This document shows positions 59,456 through 64,000 of a stretch of DNA of 64,000 nt, piece by piece. The stretch's first letter is position 1. The number at the start of each line of letters is the position of its first letter. The stretch is taken from contig CBFDEM010000010.1 of NCBI GenBank assembly GCA_965603825.1, forward strand, positions 62,001 through 126,000, given 5' to 3'. A program made the position numbers and the translations under genes. The stretch is from Blepharisma stoltei ATCC 30299. Its lineage: Eukaryota; Protista; Ciliophora. The notes under the pieces are model-generated. The model was given only the letters and a program-made list of their open reading frames with translations, ran no database searches and was not told where the DNA came from.

Positions 59456-60529
59456 TTAAGGAGGAGTGCCTGCAACTGGATAAGAAGGAACCATGTTGAC
59501 TCCACAAACTCCTTGTCCACTCGTTATTCCAATCCTTATGTACCCTTTTTCACCCCAGTCTGGACCCCATGAGTTTTTAATAATCCAGTAAGGGTTGCTG
59601 GTGGTATTAGAATACCCAACTATAAGGACACTGTGGTCCAGTTCTGTTCCACAGTTTCTTGTTACGATCCCTGAGCGGTAATTTTTCCATGCTACTTCAT
59701 TAGCCTCCACTACAATTGCGACTGGCTGCTTTGCAACAGCTGTTAGCAATGCTGAAGGAGTGTTAGCTTTTACATTAATGAGCTTGGATACGTACACAAC
59801 AGGATTAGCAATTACTGAAGACTTGCAAGTGCTATTAGTCGCTGTATATGGGTATTTTTGTTCTGCTACTAAGCCATTCTTTATTGCAAAATTAAAAGCA
59901 AAATCATTGGCACCTCCAGCACATTGATGGTTTCCGTATGATTTTGAGCAATCGAGTACTTCTTGAGCAGAGCAAGCTATTAATGAGTGTCCTGCTAAAA
60001 ACCAAGCACTTTCAATAGCGCCAACAGAAGCAAATGCATATCCACTCTCGCATGGTCCTTGGGTTTGAACTGCTGTTACTGCGCCTTTAGTCCTTCAATC
60101 AACAGCTGTTGGAATATCAGAAAACTTTTCTTCTTCTATTTCTCTGTTTCTTGTATAGCCATAATAGCTTGACAGGTAAATTTTTTTGAATTCTTCAAAA
60201 GTCATGTCTGAAAACTCATTAATTCCTAATGCCCATTCTAGATTTAGGGAATTATGAACCCTTACTAGTTCAGAATTTTGTTTATAAATGATCAATCTTT
60301 GTTGATATTCTTCCTCGCTTGCGTAATTTTTATGATATTTTATGATGAAATCTTGGAATTCTTCTTCTAGCAGCTCAAATGCTTGAATTGCGAATTTTGA
60401 AGGTTGAGCAGGACGCAAATTGGTAGAAAAAGCAAAAACTCCAGCAATTGTTAGGACTCCAAAAAGACAAACGGCTAATTTTTTTGTGGAGGATTTGTGA
60501 TAGGTTTGGTGAAAGAATGGGTCTGCCAT
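59456..60529 (-). CDS. Cathepsin L-like papain-family protein lacking the catalytic Cys
   Basis: I29 prodomain (ERFNIN-like, GINEFSD), VD-W-R, QGPCESGYAF, LDHSVLIVGY, IKNSWG. Confidence 0.9.
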
Positions 60530-60551
60530 TTATTAGATAAACTAAAATTTA

Positions 60552-61703
60552 TTAATCAACTTCTTCACATTTCACTTTTACAAAAGAGTCAAAAAATCTA
60601 TCATTTCCTGAGGAATATCTTCCTTTCAATGGGACTCTTATAGTTCCATACCCATTCATTTGTTTGGAGCTTTCTTTAAGTGATAAGTCTTTGAAGTCGA
60701 TCTTATTATTGCATGCAAGGTTTAATTGTGGAATTATTTTGGCTTCTTCTTCTTTGTAGGTCATCTTTTTCTTATATTTCATGAATTTCTCATTGAATGA
60801 GTTTTTCATGGCAACGAATTTTTCTATTGCGTCTAAAAGCTTATTAAACTCATTCTTGATGTCTACGTTTAATTGAAATTCATCACTTTTAGATTCACTC
60901 ATAAGCTTTTCTTTGAGCGATTTGAGCATTTTTGCTACTTTTTTGCTTTGCTCTGTGCTTTCTTTTTGCTTTAAAAGCTTTTCTACAGCTTTTTCAGCTG
61001 TATTAGTATTCACATGGAGAATTTTTCCTACAATTTCATATAAGTTTTGAGTATCAATATGCTCATGCTTTAGCGTAAATTCCCCTAAATCCAGCAAAAC
61101 TGGGAAAGCTTCTTTAGGGATCGGTGGATTATTTCCCCTGATATTTTTACATTTTTTTTGCAATTCATTTAAGTACTCATGCACTAAATCATTATGATCA
61201 CCAAAGCTGACTCTTTTCCTTTTAAACTCGCAATCAAGGACACTTTCTACACTTGAAATCTCTTCTGGATACTCCACGAAGAATCCTTCTTTTACAGCTT
61301 TTTCATATAGAGTTTCGTCTTCAAACGAATTATCTTTTATTTCAGAATCATCAATAAACTCATCTTTTAAGTCGTAAAACTGGCTAAGCAGCTCACTTTC
61401 TGAACTTGAAGTGTCAGGCTCTCGCTTGGCTTTTTTGCGCTTTTGAACTGTTTTTTCGAACTTGCTAAGATCGCCGAAGTTTTCAAGCCTGTAAAGCATG
61501 TTTCTCATCATAGCATGGTAAGAGTATTTTGACTCTGTTGAGGTTGAGCTCGTTTCGCTGATTTTTTGGGTCATGTTAGCTTCAAATAAATCGACATAAG
61601 AGACTTCTCGAGTTTTTGTGATGGAAAAATGAAACTTAACTGACTTATTTGTGATCTTTATAGGTGTGACAGCTTTAGAAGAGGGTGCTATATTTCCTTG
61701 CAT
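60552..61703 (-). CDS. Ubinuclein/HPC2-like (HUN domain) histone chaperone
   Basis: YDLKDEFIDDSE...EGFFV motif preceded by MLYRLE. Confidence 0.72.
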   Translation of the reverse strand: MQGNIAPSSKAVTPIKITNKSVKFHFSITKTREVSYVDLFEANMTQKISETSSTSTESKYSYHAMMRNMLYRLENFGDLSKFEKTVQKRKKAKREPDTSSSESELLSQFYDLKDEFIDDSEIKDNSFEDETLYEKAVKEGFFVEYPEEISSVESVLDCEFKRKRVSFGDHNDLVHEYLNELQKKCKNIRGNNPPIPKEAFPVLLDLGEFTLKHEHIDTQNLYEIVGKILHVNTNTAEKAVEKLLKQKESTEQSKKVAKMLKSLKEKLMSESKSDEFQLNVDIKNEFNKLLDAIEKFVAMKNSFNEKFMKYKKKMTYKEEEAKIIPQLNLACNNKIDFKDLSLKESSKQMNGYGTIRVPLKGRYSSGNDRFFDSFVKVKCEEVD

Positions 61704-61782
61704 TTATAATATCTTTATACCGCTCTAAAGATGGCTTAGAAAAGCGACTTAATAATAAAATGGCTGAAATTCATTAAAAGAT

Positions 61783-62931
61783 TTAATTAAAGATAGCTAG
61801 AATGTAAGTGAAAAAGACGAGTTCAAGCATTGCTGCTCCGTCATCTTGGTCATCATATTTTTTATATAGTTCTTTGTAGGAAACATAGCTTGGATAGAAT
61901 GTTTTAAGCACACAGTCTTGAGTATCCTGAATTTGTGGATAATAACTCATATATAAATACCAATACATTAATGCATAAATACCTTTTGTATTGCCCCAAA
62001 AGTCTAAAATGCACTGGGACTCAAATCTTCTTAATGTGTTACATTGGCTACTTGAAGTACTGAAAAGCCAAGATTTGAGAGCTGCTTCATATTCTATTAC
62101 AGGCCCATCTCCAGGGATCAAGCTGCAATAAGCAGCTCCAGTAGGATTCAGTCCACATACACAGTCAGGCAAAAAATTAAACTCATGATGAGTAAAGTTA
62201 CAGTCTGTAGCTTTAGCATTCAGATCACACGGCCATGGAATTATATGGGTATTTTCAAACTTTTCATAGCATTTAAAACCTCCATCTCTCTCACGGCAAA
62301 GATTATATTTGCAAAGATTGCTTTGATGCTCCCCACATATAGCAACAAATTCATCATTTTTTATTGACCAGTATTGAACACAAGCGTTCTCGGAAGAATC
62401 AGTAGTTGAAGTAATATTGCAGCCAGCATAAGGCACACAATCAAAATCAGCTCGGCAGCCTTTGCTTCCGGCCTGAATTAAAGGGGCACATTTCATAGAT
62501 CCTGGAGTTCCCTGACAAGACAATCCTGGGTTGCAATAATTGCTATCAGTGCATGCTACGCCTGATGAAAGTCCTACGCAGATTCCATTTGTGCATGCGG
62601 TTGAATAAATAGGATTGCAGTCTCCAGTTTGAGTACATTTTTCTCCAGGCCAGCTTAGCTTTGTCTGAGCAGTTTGGCAGGTGTGGTTTCCTGGATTTTC
62701 ACCTTTCAACATGCATGACTCTGTGGATTGAGCACAAGGATTTACATAATATGTGTAATCTGATTCATCATAATAAGCGCATTGGCTTTGCTCAAAGGTT
62801 TGAGAAGATTTTTTGCATGCATATGAAGGGCAAGAGGGAGCAGATGCTTTATTTTCTTCAATATCATAGCGATAGGAGAAAACGGCTTGAGGGAGAATAA
62901 GAAGAGCAAAAGCAATTAAGGGAGCAGCCAT
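61783..62931 (-). CDS. Cys-rich surface protein, probably GPI-anchored
   Basis: Signal peptide MAAPLIAFALLIL, dense Cys, hydrophobic C-terminus after DGA. Confidence 0.82.
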   Translation of the reverse strand: MAAPLIAFALLILPQAVFSYRYDIEENKASAPSCPSYACKKSSQTFEQSQCAYYDESDYTYYVNPCAQSTESCMLKGENPGNHTCQTAQTKLSWPGEKCTQTGDCNPIYSTACTNGICVGLSSGVACTDSNYCNPGLSCQGTPGSMKCAPLIQAGSKGCRADFDCVPYAGCNITSTTDSSENACVQYWSIKNDEFVAICGEHQSNLCKYNLCRERDGGFKCYEKFENTHIIPWPCDLNAKATDCNFTHHEFNFLPDCVCGLNPTGAAYCSLIPGDGPVIEYEAALKSWLFSTSSSQCNTLRRFESQCILDFWGNTKGIYALMYWYLYMSYYPQIQDTQDCVLKTFYPSYVSYKELYKKYDDQDDGAAMLELVFFTYILAIFN

Positions 62932-62994
62932 TATTGTTTTGAATGTATTTAGCAATTTAATGGAAATAACCTGCAAGTAAAAATTATTTAATTA

Positions 62995-63999
62995 TTAATC
63001 AATTCTATTAACTTCCATATTAAAGCTATTATCTCTGCTAGTTTGCCCAGCCATAATTGTATTTGTCAATTTTTTCTCTGAGAGCTCTTCATTTTGAAAT
63101 AATTTATTTACAAATTTGACTCCTCTTATCAAAAAATTTGGGCTCTCATCTTCATATTGACTCACAACCCTATGTGGCTTAAACTGGCAGCTTCCTCTTT
63201 CTGATTTCAATCAATATAAAATATTTTTCATACAAGACCCTCTATGATAAGGCCCAAACAGTTTAATCGGCCACAGATTTTTTATTTTTTCATTAGTTGT
63301 CATATTGACAAAAAGTAAATATATATGAAAACTATACAGCCCAAAAACAATCCACATTGCAATAAATGCAAAAATAATAACAATAATTGAAGGAATTATT
63401 TCGTTGCTAAATTCCCCATTTACTTCTTTTTCCAGGATGTGCGCCAGGCTTACTGCGAAAGAAGAAAAGTCTAGGCAAGTCGCAATAGAAAGGTATGTTA
63501 TAAAATATTTGTAGTTTCTCTTACCTATGCAATTTCCGATATAAGGGCAGTGATGATCAAATTTCTCCACGCACAAATTGCATAGTGAGCAGTGGGAAGA
63601 CCTTGGAGGCCTAAAAATCAAGCAAGTGCGACAGAATTTCATCTTAACCATATTCCCATTGTGATGAAAAATAATTGGTTTCGGCATGCCTATAAGCTCG
63701 TTTAATGCTGCATTAGTTTTTGAGATATAAGGAGGAATTTGTTTTGGGATATATCCAGGGTCAGAAGTTGCTACTTTAAATTGAGCACAAATTGTCGAGA
63801 CTAATAATATTATTTGAATTATCATTGGGGCTGGGTTATCGTTTTCAAGAAAAAAGTTGCAAGGGTATATTATGCTGATAATTACCAAAAAAGTGATCAG
63901 GGTCGCTGATAGAACACCTCGATATCAGTCTGGACCTAGCATAAGCTTTCCTTTGCAACAAAATTTGTTTTTTCCTTGTCAGGACTTGTAGAGTTCCAT
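62995..63999 (-). CDS. DHHC palmitoyltransferase (ZDHHC9/Erf2-like)
   Basis: MELYKS-W-QGKNKFCCKG..GPD-W, DPGYIP, RPPRSSHC, FDHHCPY, TTNE; TGA at 63211 read through. Confidence 0.92.
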
Positions 64000-64000
64000 T

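Noticed and set aside
1290-60097. Fragmented ORFs as pseudogenes or selenoproteins
   Set aside because: The breaks are in-frame TGA at conserved Trp positions, not at Cys or redox sites.

Overview
AT-rich, very gene-dense eukaryotic DNA from a heterotrich ciliate macronuclear genome, most consistent with Blepharisma. TGA is read as Trp at conserved Trp positions, stops are TAA (one TAG), and introns are 15 nt (one 16 nt) with GT...AG ends and an A six bases from the 3' end. Recoding joins the fragmented ORF track into about 37 genes, including CDPK, D2HGDH, CFAP77, DCTN1, a MAPKKK, nucleoredoxin, ABAT, IDH, HIBCH, an SK-like K+ channel, TMEM67, a PTC7 fusion, VPS29, TOGARAM1, a RING-PHD protein, PIGO, a papain-like pseudo-protease and a DHHC enzyme. 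It also exposes two genes missing from the track. The most unusual locus is 28.8-34.1 kb: an orphan multipass membrane gene, a stand-alone three-blade RSL/AAL-type fucose-lectin gene, and a secreted Glu-rich protein with three such half-propeller modules. That secreted gene shares upstream motifs with a second secreted, highly acidic tandem-repeat gene at 47.1-50.2 kb. No tRNA, rRNA, CRISPR or intact mobile element was seen. Family assignments come from motif recognition; no searches were run.
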